A DNA stretch of 64,000 bases from an uncultured Planctomycetaceae bacterium (GTDB lineage: Bacteria; Planctomycetota; Planctomycetia; Planctomycetales; Planctomycetaceae). The position numbers and the translations under genes are program-made. Position 1 is the first letter of the stretch; each line of letters starts with the position of its first letter. Location: positions 96,001 to 160,000 of the forward strand of contig CAWFGE010000016.1 of NCBI GenBank assembly GCA_963815195.1, in the 5' to 3' direction. Positions 40,024 to 50,304 of this stretch are shown piece by piece. The notes under the pieces were generated by a model. The model was not told where the DNA came from. It saw only the letters and a program-made list of their open reading frames with translations, and did not search any database.

Positions 40024-40667
40024 AATGGCTCCCGGCCGAATAAAGGTTGACGCAAGTGTCGGAAGAGTCTGGGTTTTCCCCATTATAGGGAAAATAAGGA
40101 ATCGGCCTACTGCATTGTCGGTGCGAACGACCGGGTTAGCCGCAGGGCGCTCGCCCCGGTTCAGCGATATGAGCCGCGAGGCGCTCCGGTTCCGCAAACC
40201 CAGAGAAAACTCATAAACCGGAGCGCGCGGCCTGCGGCTAGTTTTTTTCCATTTTTCAACCATTTGCCAGCGAGGATGGAAGACACAACTCCTTTTCAAG
40301 TCGAAACTTACGGTTACTCATTCTCTGTCTTACCACCTCTGACCCGACCGGGAGTTGGGGTGCGTCGGAAAAGGCCGCCTGAAGCCCGCGGTTTTCCTGG
40401 TTTGTCTCCGCCGTTTCTCGGGCGGCATTCCACGAGAAAATCCCCAAGTCTTTCCGGATTGCCCGTTACTTTTGAAATTCGCATGCTACATTTGCCCGTG
40501 GATGAAGTTCGTCCATTGGGAGCGCGTCCAAGACGGCGCGTTTGACCGAATACTTCCGGCTGGCAATTCAGGAGGAACGCTCGCCGTTCGGACAATACGT
40601 TCGGACAGAACATCTCGCAAATAATCGGCTGGCGCGGGACGGCCCAGCCGCAGAGGGGACCATAGAG

Positions 40668-41351
40668 ATGGGGTTTTTGCAAAGATTCCTCAAAACCACC
40701 TACCGCGAAGGCGATCCCGCCCAGACCCAAAGCAGTTTTCTCGAGTTGAACGAAGAGCAGTTGGAAACGCATTTGGGCATCGCCCGCTACGGCAACTTCG
40801 TGCTGACCGATGCCATCCGCCCGTCCTACGACCTGCAAATCGTGCCCCGGGCCGGCTACCGGCACGATGTGTACGAGGACCGGGAATCGGGCGTCAAGAT
40901 CCCGGTGCTCATGGCGGCGGCTTCGCGGGAACGGCTCTTGGATTTGTTCTTCGACATGCTTGCCCCCTTGGGGACCGAGGTCGATGTCGTCCTCGAAACC
41001 AGCCACGAGCGCAGCCAGGGCGGACACGACGATTTGTACCGCGAGCACATCGATTTGCCGGTGCTCTTGAGTACGCTTTACGACTTCGAAGACATCCTCC
41101 TGAACGATGGCTGCACCGGGATTGCGGTGTTGAACCCCAACATCCCGTTGGAAATCCAGTTCGACGAGCACAAGCTGCTCATCGCCTACGGCCAGGAACT
41201 GGGCGAGTTCGAGGACATCCTCGCCGGCTATGCTCTGAAACCGCTGGAGGACTTGCGGTTCATCACCGAAGCCGAGCACGTGCACTCCTCGTGCGACGAT
41301 TACTACGAGCGGTTTGAAGAACTCCGCTACCGGCTCGGCGTGGAATCCTGA
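40668..41351 (+). CDS. Hypothetical acidic protein
   Basis: GAGGGG RBS-like sequence, host-like codon usage, LLNDGCTGIAV...QFDEHKLL. Confidence 0.75.
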   Translation: MGFLQRFLKTTYREGDPAQTQSSFLELNEEQLETHLGIARYGNFVLTDAIRPSYDLQIVPRAGYRHDVYEDRESGVKIPVLMAAASRERLLDLFFDMLAPLGTEVDVVLETSHERSQGGHDDLYREHIDLPVLLSTLYDFEDILLNDGCTGIAVLNPNIPLEIQFDEHKLLIAYGQELGEFEDILAGYALKPLEDLRFITEAEHVHSSCDDYYERFEELRYRLGVES

Positions 41352-41377
41352 TTTCAACCACACGGAGGAAGAGACTC

Positions 41378-41783
41378 ATGCAACGAAAATCCCGAACCGC
41401 AGCCGCGCTCTGCTGCGCGATGATCCTGTTATTCACCGGCTGCTGGATGGGCGGGCGGGGCCAGTCGAATTACGGCCCGCGAAGCAGTCTGCCCGCGCCC
41501 GGGGCTCCGAATCTCTCGGCCCCGCTTTCACCAAACCAACTGCAGCCTGCCGGACGATCCGGTTCTGGACGGACCGGCAGGCCCGGCGTTTCCGCAGTCT
41601 TCGGAGAGATTCGATCGCGAGCGGCATTCGCAGAAGGAGCTCGACGATTTGCGCTCCCAGCACGCGGGCACCGCGCCGCCGCCGATGATCCCGGAAGGTC
41701 CCATCGCCCACAAACAGACGTCGCTCAAGCAGGAAATCGAAGCTCCGCGGTTCGGGTACGTCGAACTCTCCCCGGCACCGTAG
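41378..41783 (+). CDS. Putative lipoprotein (probable frameshift near 41550)
   Basis: Leader ending LFTGC; plausible continuation DDPVLDGPAG...GYVELSPAP ending at TAG 41781-83. Confidence 0.45.
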
Positions 41784-41882
41784 CGCTTGATCCGCGTCTC
41801 CCTTCCATTGCGGTCGGCCCCTGAAATCCGCATCCTATGTGGAACGATGGGGCTCGAACTTTCGCTTTGAAGGGAAATCAAG

Positions 41883-43170
41883 ATGCAGCACGGCACGCAG
41901 GCGATGATGTTGTTTTCGCTCATTTGGGCGATTGGGAGTTGGACGGCACTCGGCGTCGCGGGGCAACCAACCGACGCCAACAGCCGCGCCGAACAATCCC
42001 TGATCCAATCCATCAGCAAAGTCACGCTGCGCCGAAACCGCGACGGCCAGGGCGTCACGTGGTTTCATCCGCGGGCCTGTCTGCGGCCGGGACCGGATGG
42101 AAAACCCATCGCACTCATGACGCTCCAGGAAATCGGCGGGTCGGATTATTTCGGCCCGGTGCATTGGAGCGAATCGGGCGATGGGGGACACACCTGGAGC
42201 GAGCCGGCGTTGATCCCGTCCTTGGCGAGAGAGCCCGTGGAAGGCCATCCCGGATTGATGGCGGGCGTGTGCGATGTCACGCCGCAATATCATCCGCAAA
42301 CCGGCACGGTGCTGGCCCTCGGACACGTCGTGTTCTATCGCGGCCCGCGGTTTGCCCGCGGCGACCAACTTGCCCGCTATCCCGTTTATGCCGTCCGCCG
42401 GAAAGACGGATCCTGGTCTGAGCGGAAAATCCTGAAATGGGACGATCCCCGCGGGGCCAACATCTACTCCAACAATTGCGGCCAGCGAGTGGTTCTGCCC
42501 AACGGCGACATCGCCATGTCCTTCACCTTCGGCCCGACTGCGAACAACCGCATGGTGGCCGGCGTGCGGTGCTCGTTCGACGGGGAGGAACTCAAAATCC
42601 TCAAAGTGGGACCGCCGCTCAAAAATCCCGTGGGCCGGGGACTCTTGGAACCGTCGGTCACCCAATTCCACGATCGGTTCTATCTCACCATACGGGCGGA
42701 AGATGGCCACGGCTACGTCGCCGTCAGCAAGGATGGTCTGAACTACGAGCGCAAAACCGCCTGGACTTGGGACGATGGCGCAGCCCATCGCCATGTCCAC
42801 CACCCAACAACATTGGCTCACCCATTCGGACGGGTTGTTTCTGGTTTACACGCGGAAGGACCAATCGAACGCGAACGTCATTCGCTGGCGAAGCCCGCTG
42901 TGGGTGGCGAAGGTCGATCCGGAGAGACTTTGTTTGATGAAGAGCAGCGAACGGGTCGTGCTTCCGCTGGTGGGCGATGGCGTCAACAAACCCGACGAAG
43001 TCGCCTTGATGGGGAACTTCGACATCACGAACGCCAGCCCCGAAGAATCCTGGGTCACGGTGGGAGAATGGCTGCCTCGCCAGGGCGCGCGGGGCGATTT
43101 GCTGCTGGCAAAAATCCGCTGGACCCGGCCGAACGGATGTGTTCTCAAAACGGCTGGTGAATCGAAGTAA
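41883..43170 (+). CDS. Secreted BNR/sialidase-like beta-propeller (frameshift near 42780)
   Basis: Asp-box-like SGDGGHTWS and SKDGLNY; C-terminus in the 42775..43170 frame. Confidence 0.75.
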
Positions 43171-43220
43171 AAATCGCGACAGCCCACGGCGTTGGACCGC
43201 TTGGCGAATTGCGGCTCCGA

Positions 43221-43928
43221 TCAAGCGGCGGCTTCCCCGGCTTCCTCAAAGGTCTCCCAGGCTTGCCAGAGGATGACGGGGAGCATCGCGAGGGCTCCGG
43301 CGGCATCGGCCCACCACCAACCAAGGGCGGCATTGAGCGCGAGGCCGGCGAGCAGACTCAAAGACAAATAGGAACAGATCCAGGTTTCCACCGCATCCGC
43401 CTCGAGCGCCTTGCTGCCCAGCTTTCGGCCAAGCCGGCTCTTGGAATAAGCCAGCACGGGCATAAGGATCAGCGACACAATCGATAGCACCAGCCCGACG
43501 AACGAGCTGTCCGGCTCGTCGCGATGGATAAGGGCGAGGCTGCTTTTGACGGCAATATAACCGGACAGCAAGACGAAGGTGGTCGCGACAAGGTAGAGCG
43601 ACTTTCGCTCGGCCGAGCCGTGCTCTTCGGCGGTCGCGTTCGCACCGGCCGTTTTGAGCCGCCAATTGAGGGCCACAGCAGAGATCACCTCGATGGAACT
43701 GTCGACTCCAAAAGCCACCAAGGCGGTGCTGCCCGAGAGAATTCCCGCTCCGACAGCGACGACGCCTTCGAGGACGTTCCACAAAATCGTGAACCACTCC
43801 AACCGGATCGCCCAACGAAACAGGGACGCCCGCCGGCAGTTTTGTTCCTCCGGTTTTCGATCGCTGTCGCTCAACGTATTTCCCTCACAAGAAAATCCCG
43901 CCAGAGGAGCGTCCTCTGGCGGGATCAA
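43221..43928 (-). CDS. Cation transporter (CDF-like TM domain)
   Basis: WNVLEG, FGVDSSIE, ALEADA, GWWWAD; six TM segments. Confidence 0.85.
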   Translation of the reverse strand: MIPPEDAPLAGFSCEGNTLSDSDRKPEEQNCRRASLFRWAIRLEWFTILWNVLEGVVAVGAGILSGSTALVAFGVDSSIEVISAVALNWRLKTAGANATAEEHGSAERKSLYLVATTFVLLSGYIAVKSSLALIHRDEPDSSFVGLVLSIVSLILMPVLAYSKSRLGRKLGSKALEADAVETWICSYLSLSLLAGLALNAALGWWWADAAGALAMLPVILWQAWETFEEAGEAAA

Positions 43929-43940
43929 AAAATGTCCCTC

Positions 43941-44315
43941 TTATTCTTCTTCGCTGGGTTCTGGCGGCTTGTGGCCGGTCTTGGCTTCGTATTGGGCGGC
44001 GAACTTGGCTTTCAGGTCGGGATGGCAGATGAAGCACTGCGACTCGGGGCGGTCGTGCTCTTTGCACCAGTCGTCTTTCTTCTGGAAGTCGGCCGCGAGC
44101 GCGGGGCTGCAACGGGTGCAGACTTCCTCCGGCACACCATGCTCCACGCACCACCAGCCGCCGTGGCTGTGGTCCGTATCGGCAACGGTGTGCAGATGCG
44201 GATCGGACGATTTTTCCGCTTGTTCCGAGTCAGCTTCCTTGTTGCCGCAACCGGTCATCGCCAGGCCCAGGACGGCGAATAAAGCCGCGGCTGCCAGTCC
44301 ATGTTTTCTCATCAT
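43941..44315 (-). CDS. Cys/His-rich lipoprotein associated with the RND efflux cluster
   Basis: MTGC lipobox; two WCxEHxxPExxCxxC repeats. Confidence 0.8.
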   Translation of the reverse strand: MMRKHGLAAAALFAVLGLAMTGCGNKEADSEQAEKSSDPHLHTVADTDHSHGGWWCVEHGVPEEVCTRCSPALAADFQKKDDWCKEHDRPESQCFICHPDLKAKFAAQYEAKTGHKPPEPSEEE

Positions 44316-44349
44316 TTGTTTCTCCTTTGGCTTTCGCCGTTTTGAAAAG

Positions 44350-47300
44350 TTACACCGAAGCCGACGCCGGCACGCGCGGCGAATCGGAATCGGCGGGTTC
44401 CTTAGGTTCCGAGGGACCAAAATCGCCCTCGGAGTCATTGCTCCCTTTGGCCGGGAGATTGAATACGACATATAACACCCTGAGTACCAAGAGGCTCATC
44501 AGCATCGCGCTACAGACGCCGCCGATGACGACGGTGGCCAACGGCCGTTGGACCTCGGCTCCCATGCCCGTGCTGAACGCCATCGGCACAAAACCCAGGC
44601 TTGCGACGAGCGTGGTCATCAAGATCGGCCGCAAGCGGGTCATGGCGGCTTCTTCGACGGCTTCATCCAGTGATCGGCCTCGCTGGCGAAGTTGGCGGAT
44701 CGTCGAGACCAACAGCATATCGTCGAGCACCGCCACGCCCGAAAGCGCGATGAATCCCACCGCCGCCGAGATGGAGAACGGCATGTCCCGCATCCACAAG
44801 GCGACGATCCCGCCGATCCACGCGAACGGCACGCTCGTGAAGACTCGCAGCGAATCGATCATGTTTCGGTACGTCACATAGAGCAGCGAAAAAATGATCA
44901 ATAACGCCACGGGCACGACGATCATCAGCCGGGTTTGCGCCCGCTGGAGATTCTCGAACTGGCCGCCCCACTCCACGTGATACCGGCCCGCCGGCATCGC
45001 GACTTGGGCGTTGACTTTTTCCCGGGCCTCCGCGACAAAGCTGCCCATGTCCCGCCCGCGGACATTGGCTTCGACCGTGATCCGCCTTTGATACCATTCG
45101 CGGTTGATCGTGTTCGGTCCTTCCACGATTTCGACCGTCGCCAACCGCGAGAGCGGAATGCGTTCGCCCGCGGGCGTGGCGACGAGGATCGATCCAATCG
45201 CCTCCGGGTCGGCCCGGGCGGATTCGGGCAGGCGAATAATCAGCGGAAACCGCAGTTGCCCCTCATAGACTTCGCCGACGTGCTTGCTGCCCAGCGATTC
45301 GACCAGATCGAGCACCGTCTTGGCGGGGATGCCGTAACGGGCGATTTCGTCTTGTTTGATCTTGATTTGCAGGACAGGCTGGCCGGTGACTTGCTCGACT
45401 TTCACGTCGGCGGCTCCATCGATGGTTTTGAGGACCCGCTCGATCTCTGAGGCTTTTTCGACCATCACATCCAGATCGTCGCCGTAGAGAATCGCCGCCA
45501 CGTCGGAGCGGACGCCGGAGGTCATCTCGTTAATCCGCATTTCGATCGGCTGCTCGAACGCCAGCCGCGGTCCGGGCAGATCGCGGAGTTCCTCTTCGAT
45601 CAGACCCGCCAATTCTTCCTGCGACTCGGCCCGTTTCCATGCCTTCTTCGGGCGGAGCGTGACGAACAGGTCGGTCAGTTCCGTGCCCATCGGATCGGTC
45701 GCGACTTGGGCCGCTCCAATCCGGCTCCAGGCGTAGAGGACTTCATCCGGGAATTTCTCCAAAATGATCCGCTCCATCTGCGTGTTGTAGCGGATGGATT
45801 CTTCCAGATCGGTCCCCGCCAGCCGGACGATGTTGATCCCAATCGTTCCCTCGGACAGCCGGGGCACGAACTCGGTCCCCAGGTTCGGGGCGATCATCCC
45901 GAAAGCGACGATGAGCAATGACAGCGCGAATCCGATCACCGCGAGCTTGTGGTGCATCGTGAATTTCAGCACCGGCGCATAAAGCCGTTTGAGTCCGCGA
46001 ATCAACAACGGTTCGCGTTCGTCCATCCGCCGGGGCAACACGAGACTTGCCAGGACGGGCATCAACGTCAGCGACAGCACCATCGAACCGGCCAAGGCCA
46101 TGATCACCGTGAGCGCCATCGGCCGGAACATCTTTCCTTCCACGCCTTCCAGCGTCAGAATCGGCAGATAGACGATCATGATAATCAGCTCGCCGAACAT
46201 CGTCGGCTTGCGGACTTCGACGGCGGCGTCACGGATGATTTCCAATCGGCTGCGTCCGCGCGGAGCATGGGCCAGATGCCGAACGCAGTTCTCGACCATC
46301 ACCACCGAGCTGTCCACGACCAGCCCGAAGTCGATCGCCCCCAGGCTGAGCAAACTCGCCGCGATCCCGAACCGCCACATCCCGGTAAACGCAAACAGCA
46401 TCGACAGCGGAATCGCCAGCGCCACAATCAATCCGGCCCGCAGGTTGCCTAAGAAGATAAACAGCACGGCGATCACCAGCAGCCCGCCCTCGAACAGGTT
46501 TTTCTGAACCGTCTCAATGACGTGATCGACCAGTTCGGTGCGGTCGTAAACGGTTTGGATCGTCACGCCGGGCGGCAGCGTTTTTTTGATTTCCTCGACC
46601 TTGTTTTTCAGGGCCCAGGTGACTTCGTGGCTGTTTTCGCCCATCAGCATTATGCCCAGGCCCAAAACGACTTCGCCGCGGCCGTTGGCCGTGACCGCGC
46701 CGCGGCGAATTTCGTGGCCGACCTCCACGTCGGCCACATCGCGAATGCGAATCGGCACGCCGTCGCGGGACGTCACGACGATGTTCTCGATTTGCTCCAA
46801 ATCCACCGTCCGGCCCACGCCTTGGACGAGCAACATTTGGCTGCCCGCGGTGATCGTCCCGCCGCCGACGTTTTGATTGTTCTGCCGGGCGGCCTGGGCG
46901 ACTTCCTCGAACGTCAAACCGTGCTTGATGAGGAGGTCGGGATCGAGCCGGATTTGAAACTGCTTTTCGTACCCGCCCCAACTGTTGACCTCCGCCACGC
47001 CGGGCACGGAACGCAACTGCGGCTTGACGACCCAATCGTGCAGCGTCCGCAGTTCCGTGACCCGCCCGACTCGCTCTTCCCGGCTGACCTTGCTGAAATC
47101 CACGCCCTTGTAAGTCAACACATAATGGAACACTTCGCCCAAGCCCGTGGAGACCGGCCCCATCTGCGGCCGGCCAATGCCCGCGGGGAGTTCGACCGTG
47201 CTTAGCCGTTCGTTGATGAGTTGCCGGGCGAAGTAGATGTCGATGTCATCCTCAAAGATTACCACGACCTGCGAGAAGCCGAACTTGGACAGGGACCGCA

Positions 47301-47544
47301 AATTCTGGAGGCCGGGCAGACCGCTGATCGCCTGCTCGACCGGGAACGTGATCTGCCGCTCGATTTCCTCCGGCGACAGAGCCGGGGCGACGGTGTTGAT
47401 CTGAATTTGCACCGGCGTCGTGTCCGGGAAGGCGTCGATGTCCAACTGCGACAGCGCCAGCCCGCCCGCAGCCACCAGCACCAGCGTGCCCAGAATCACC
47501 AGCGCCCGATGACGCAGCGAAGCTTCAATCACCCAATTCAGCAT
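44350..47544 (-). CDS. czcA: CusA/CzcA family heavy-metal RND permease
   Basis: IDAFPDTT, GAIDFGLVVD, EGKMFRPMA, RLRPILMT, EVQRPLATVVIGG. Confidence 0.93.
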   Translation of the reverse strand: MLNWVIEASLRHRALVILGTLVLVAAGGLALSQLDIDAFPDTTPVQIQINTVAPALSPEEIERQITFPVEQAISGLPGLQNLRSLSKFGFSQVVVIFEDDIDIYFARQLINERLSTVELPAGIGRPQMGPVSTGLGEVFHYVLTYKGVDFSKVSREERVGRVTELRTLHDWVVKPQLRSVPGVAEVNSWGGYEKQFQIRLDPDLLIKHGLTFEEVAQAARQNNQNVGGGTITAGSQMLLVQGVGRTVDLEQIENIVVTSRDGVPIRIRDVADVEVGHEIRRGAVTANGRGEVVLGLGIMLMGENSHEVTWALKNKVEEIKKTLPPGVTIQTVYDRTELVDHVIETVQKNLFEGGLLVIAVLFIFLGNLRAGLIVALAIPLSMLFAFTGMWRFGIAASLLSLGAIDFGLVVDSSVVMVENCVRHLAHAPRGRSRLEIIRDAAVEVRKPTMFGELIIMIVYLPILTLEGVEGKMFRPMALTVIMALAGSMVLSLTLMPVLASLVLPRRMDEREPLLIRGLKRLYAPVLKFTMHHKLAVIGFALSLLIVAFGMIAPNLGTEFVPRLSEGTIGINIVRLAGTDLEESIRYNTQMERIILEKFPDEVLYAWSRIGAAQVATDPMGTELTDLFVTLRPKKAWKRAESQEELAGLIEEELRDLPGPRLAFEQPIEMRINEMTSGVRSDVAAILYGDDLDVMVEKASEIERVLKTIDGAADVKVEQVTGQPVLQIKIKQDEIARYGIPAKTVLDLVESLGSKHVGEVYEGQLRFPLIIRLPESARADPEAIGSILVATPAGERIPLSRLATVEIVEGPNTINREWYQRRITVEANVRGRDMGSFVAEAREKVNAQVAMPAGRYHVEWGGQFENLQRAQTRLMIVVPVALLIIFSLLYVTYRNMIDSLRVFTSVPFAWIGGIVALWMRDMPFSISAAVGFIALSGVAVLDDMLLVSTIRQLRQRGRSLDEAVEEAAMTRLRPILMTTLVASLGFVPMAFSTGMGAEVQRPLATVVIGGVCSAMLMSLLVLRVLYVVFNLPAKGSNDSEGDFGPSEPKEPADSDSPRVPASASV

Positions 47545-47591
47545 CCGCTCCTCCTAAGCTCCGCAACATTGGTTCGGAAACCGATCGCGGG

Positions 47592-47743
47592 GAAATCCGA
47601 AACAAACTCGAATGTTCGAAATCCCAATCTCCAAGCCCTGGGAACCGGTCGAACTTGATGAATTGTGTAGGCGTTTGTTTGGGACATTTTGTTTTTGGGA
47701 TTTTGAATTTGTTTCGGATTTCGGATTTCGTGCTTCGAATTTC
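47592..47743. repeat. AAATCCG-heptad palindromic element copy 3
   Basis: GAAATCCGAAACAAA...TTTGTTTCGGATTTCGGATTTCGTGCTTCGAATTTC between the adaptor and permease genes. Confidence 0.75.
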
Positions 47744-47779
47744 AAATCCAACCCATGTCGAATCGGGAAACGGGGCGAG

Positions 47780-49429
47780 CTAATCATCGCCGCAACAGCC
47801 GGCGCCGAGGTTGTTTTTCAATAGCTGCGACCTGAGCACGTCGCTGCCCTTCGTCGCCACGACTTCGCCGGGCAGGACGCCGGCGAGGACTTCGGTGAAC
47901 CCGTCGGTCTTCGCGCCGAGGCGGACCGTGCGGACATGAAACACTTTCGGGCTGCCGGGGCTGTCGAAATAGCCCTTGTCCCGCACGAAGACGACCTGGC
48001 AGCAGCCTTCCGTGAGGATCGCCTGGTTGGGCACGACGATCGCGTTTTCCTCTTCCCGCAGGATGACGCGGCCGGTGCCGAAGGTCTCGTCGCGAAGCTG
48101 CCCGGTCGGATTCGGGAGTTCCGCCCGCACGCGGACCATGCGGGTTTCCCGGTCGGCGGCGGTGCTGATCCAATCCAATTGGCCGCTGAATTCTTTTGGG
48201 CTGCCGTCGGGACGGAACCGCACCGTTTGGCCGACGGAGATTTTTTCCGCATGCTCCAAAGGCACATTCAGAATCAGCCACATTCGGCTGGTGTCGGCGA
48301 CTTGAAACAAGACGCGGGAGGCATCCACGACTTCCCCCGCCACGACTTGCCGATCCATAATGACGCCGTCCATGGAAGAGCAGACGGGCAACAGATTGGC
48401 CGTTGTCATGCGGGGATGGAGCTGTTTTCGGATCGAATCCGGGAGGCCGAGAAACCGCAGCGTCTCGACGATCTCGCGTTCGGAAAGATCCCGCAGGCCG
48501 CCCGAATCCACGGGCAACCCCAAGTTGATGAGGGATTGTTCCGCGCTGAGCATGGCGACCTGGGCTTTGGCGAGCGCCGCTTCGGCTTCGAGCACCTGCC
48601 GGCCCGCCACGGTTCCCTGGACCGCTTTCAGCCGATCCACGTTTTGCCGCTGGAGTTTTTCTTCGACCAGAGCCTGGGCCAGGCGGCTTTTCGCCTGCCC
48701 GACTTCCGCGGCATCGACCAAGACCAAGACTTCGCCGGCTTTTACCGAATCGCCGATGTTTTTTTCGACGCGCCAAACCGAGCCGGGCACGCGGGAAGAC
48801 AGGCTCGCGAGGCGGGTGGGATCGTAGCGAATTTCGCCGTTGCCTGCGACCGATTCGCTGACGGGCTGCCGCTCGACGAGTTCCACATCGACCCCGGCTT
48901 GCCGGACCGCTTCGGCGGACGCGAATTGAATCCGCCGCGTGTAGGACTGGCAGATGGCGTTATTCTGTTTCCGCTTCTGGACCGCAAACGCCCGCCCGGC
49001 CCGCGCGAAATCCCGCTTGAGATCGGTCGGCAAAGTTTTGAGTTGGGCCACGTCGGGATGATCGAGCGGGCAGTTGTGGACGCCATGCTCCTGGCAGAAG
49101 CCGTAATCCGGGCCTTTGGGAAAGAGTTCCGGATGGCATTCGACGCACTGCGATTCGGGCACGCCGTGCTCTTCGCACCAGTCGGCTTTCTCCGCCGGTT
49201 TTTCCCCGGTCAAAGTCGAAAACTTCGGAAGCTTCCAGCCCGAATGATGCCCGTAATATCCCACCCCGCCCAAGAGTGCCAAAACACACAGCGTGGGCAC
49301 GCCGCGGTATAAACCGGAAAGCAGAGCGCCGGCCCAGGCTCGCCGTTTTGAAGTGGCCGGCTCCAAAGTCGGCCTGGTTTCTGGAAGCGAAGTTTCGCTC
49401 GCCGGGGGATCAATCATCGCGTGACTCAT
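47780..49429 (-). CDS. czcB: CzcB/CusB-like RND periplasmic adaptor with Cys/His-rich N-terminal domain
   Basis: TM anchor, WCEEHGVPESQCVECH, membrane-fusion core, C-terminal GAGCC. Confidence 0.88.
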   Translation of the reverse strand: MSHAMIDPPASETSLPETRPTLEPATSKRRAWAGALLSGLYRGVPTLCVLALLGGVGYYGHHSGWKLPKFSTLTGEKPAEKADWCEEHGVPESQCVECHPELFPKGPDYGFCQEHGVHNCPLDHPDVAQLKTLPTDLKRDFARAGRAFAVQKRKQNNAICQSYTRRIQFASAEAVRQAGVDVELVERQPVSESVAGNGEIRYDPTRLASLSSRVPGSVWRVEKNIGDSVKAGEVLVLVDAAEVGQAKSRLAQALVEEKLQRQNVDRLKAVQGTVAGRQVLEAEAALAKAQVAMLSAEQSLINLGLPVDSGGLRDLSEREIVETLRFLGLPDSIRKQLHPRMTTANLLPVCSSMDGVIMDRQVVAGEVVDASRVLFQVADTSRMWLILNVPLEHAEKISVGQTVRFRPDGSPKEFSGQLDWISTAADRETRMVRVRAELPNPTGQLRDETFGTGRVILREEENAIVVPNQAILTEGCCQVVFVRDKGYFDSPGSPKVFHVRTVRLGAKTDGFTEVLAGVLPGEVVATKGSDVLRSQLLKNNLGAGCCGDD

Positions 49430-49585
49430 GGGAATCTCCTGCTGCGATCGGAGAATAATCTTGGGACCAAATGCACGTCGCGCCTTTGAAGGATGCGCGG
49501 GCATCGACGAAGATTGCCGATCAGAAAGAAGCCGCCTCACCGCAAAAAGCCTCTGCGGGAGCAAAACGATCGACGCAGCGGCCGA

Positions 49586-49999
49586 TTAGATCACAAGCGA
49601 GCCGAGCCGCAGGCGCACAGCGATCCCCGAGCTCCGATCCGGAGGCGCCGCGTCCATGAACTGCGGGACCGGATGGCCGGCCGAAATGGGTCGGCGGTCC
49701 TGGGAACTCGGCAAGGCCCAATTCGCGGGCAAGCCTTCGTCATCCGCGAGCAGCGGTTTCGCGGACGTTTCCACGACCACGTTGCACACGCATTGATGAC
49801 AGCCGCCATCCGGTGCCGTTGGGCTTTCGTTCGCGGGAAGCGAATCGCCCTGGGCGGTTTCGTGCTCGCAACAGCCGCAACCGCACTTGGCGACTGTGTG
49901 ATCCACCACGTTCCGCGTCACCATCCCGGTCCCCATGCAGGCAAAGGGGCAATACAGGATGCCGAGAATCGGCAAAATGGCAAACACGCGGCAAAGCAT
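49586..49999 (-). CDS. Small Cys-rich exported protein heading the metal-efflux cluster
   Basis: Hydrophobic leader, CPFAC, CGCGCCEH, CHQCVC, conserved-looking tail SSGIAVRLRLGSLVI. Confidence 0.65.
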   Translation of the reverse strand: MLCRVFAILPILGILYCPFACMGTGMVTRNVVDHTVAKCGCGCCEHETAQGDSLPANESPTAPDGGCHQCVCNVVVETSAKPLLADDEGLPANWALPSSQDRRPISAGHPVPQFMDAAPPDRSSGIAVRLRLGSLVI

Positions 50000-50109
50000 C
50001 GGCAGGAATCAGCAAATACGGTGTGAAATATAGTGGACAACACTCTCTTTCCTTAGTCTAGGTCATTACTCCGCTCGTGGCAACAGGAATCGGCCGGTGT
50101 TGAGGGACC

Positions 50110-50183
50110 ATGATTCCGTGCTCCATGATTTTGTTTATCCCGCTTAATCTTCAGAACCACAAAATCATGGGGCACAAAATCAT
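50110..50183. repeat. Long imperfect palindrome (ATGATTCCGTGCTCCATGATTTTGT / ACAAAATCATGGGGCACAAAATCAT)
   Basis: 25-nt arms in the divergent intergenic region. Confidence 0.65.
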
Positions 50184-50304
50184 TGATGGGTCGTCGCCGA
50201 AATTCCCGGATCGTTATCAAACCGAAGCCGGCCCGGTTGTGTTTCCCGGCGCCGGCACGGGGCCTACAATGAAGGAAAGATCGAAACCCGGAATGGGAAC
50301 CTTC

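Noticed and set aside
40024..40667. Long divergent intergenic region as a possible ncRNA or riboswitch
   Set aside because: No recognisable motif by eye; an Rfam scan would be needed.
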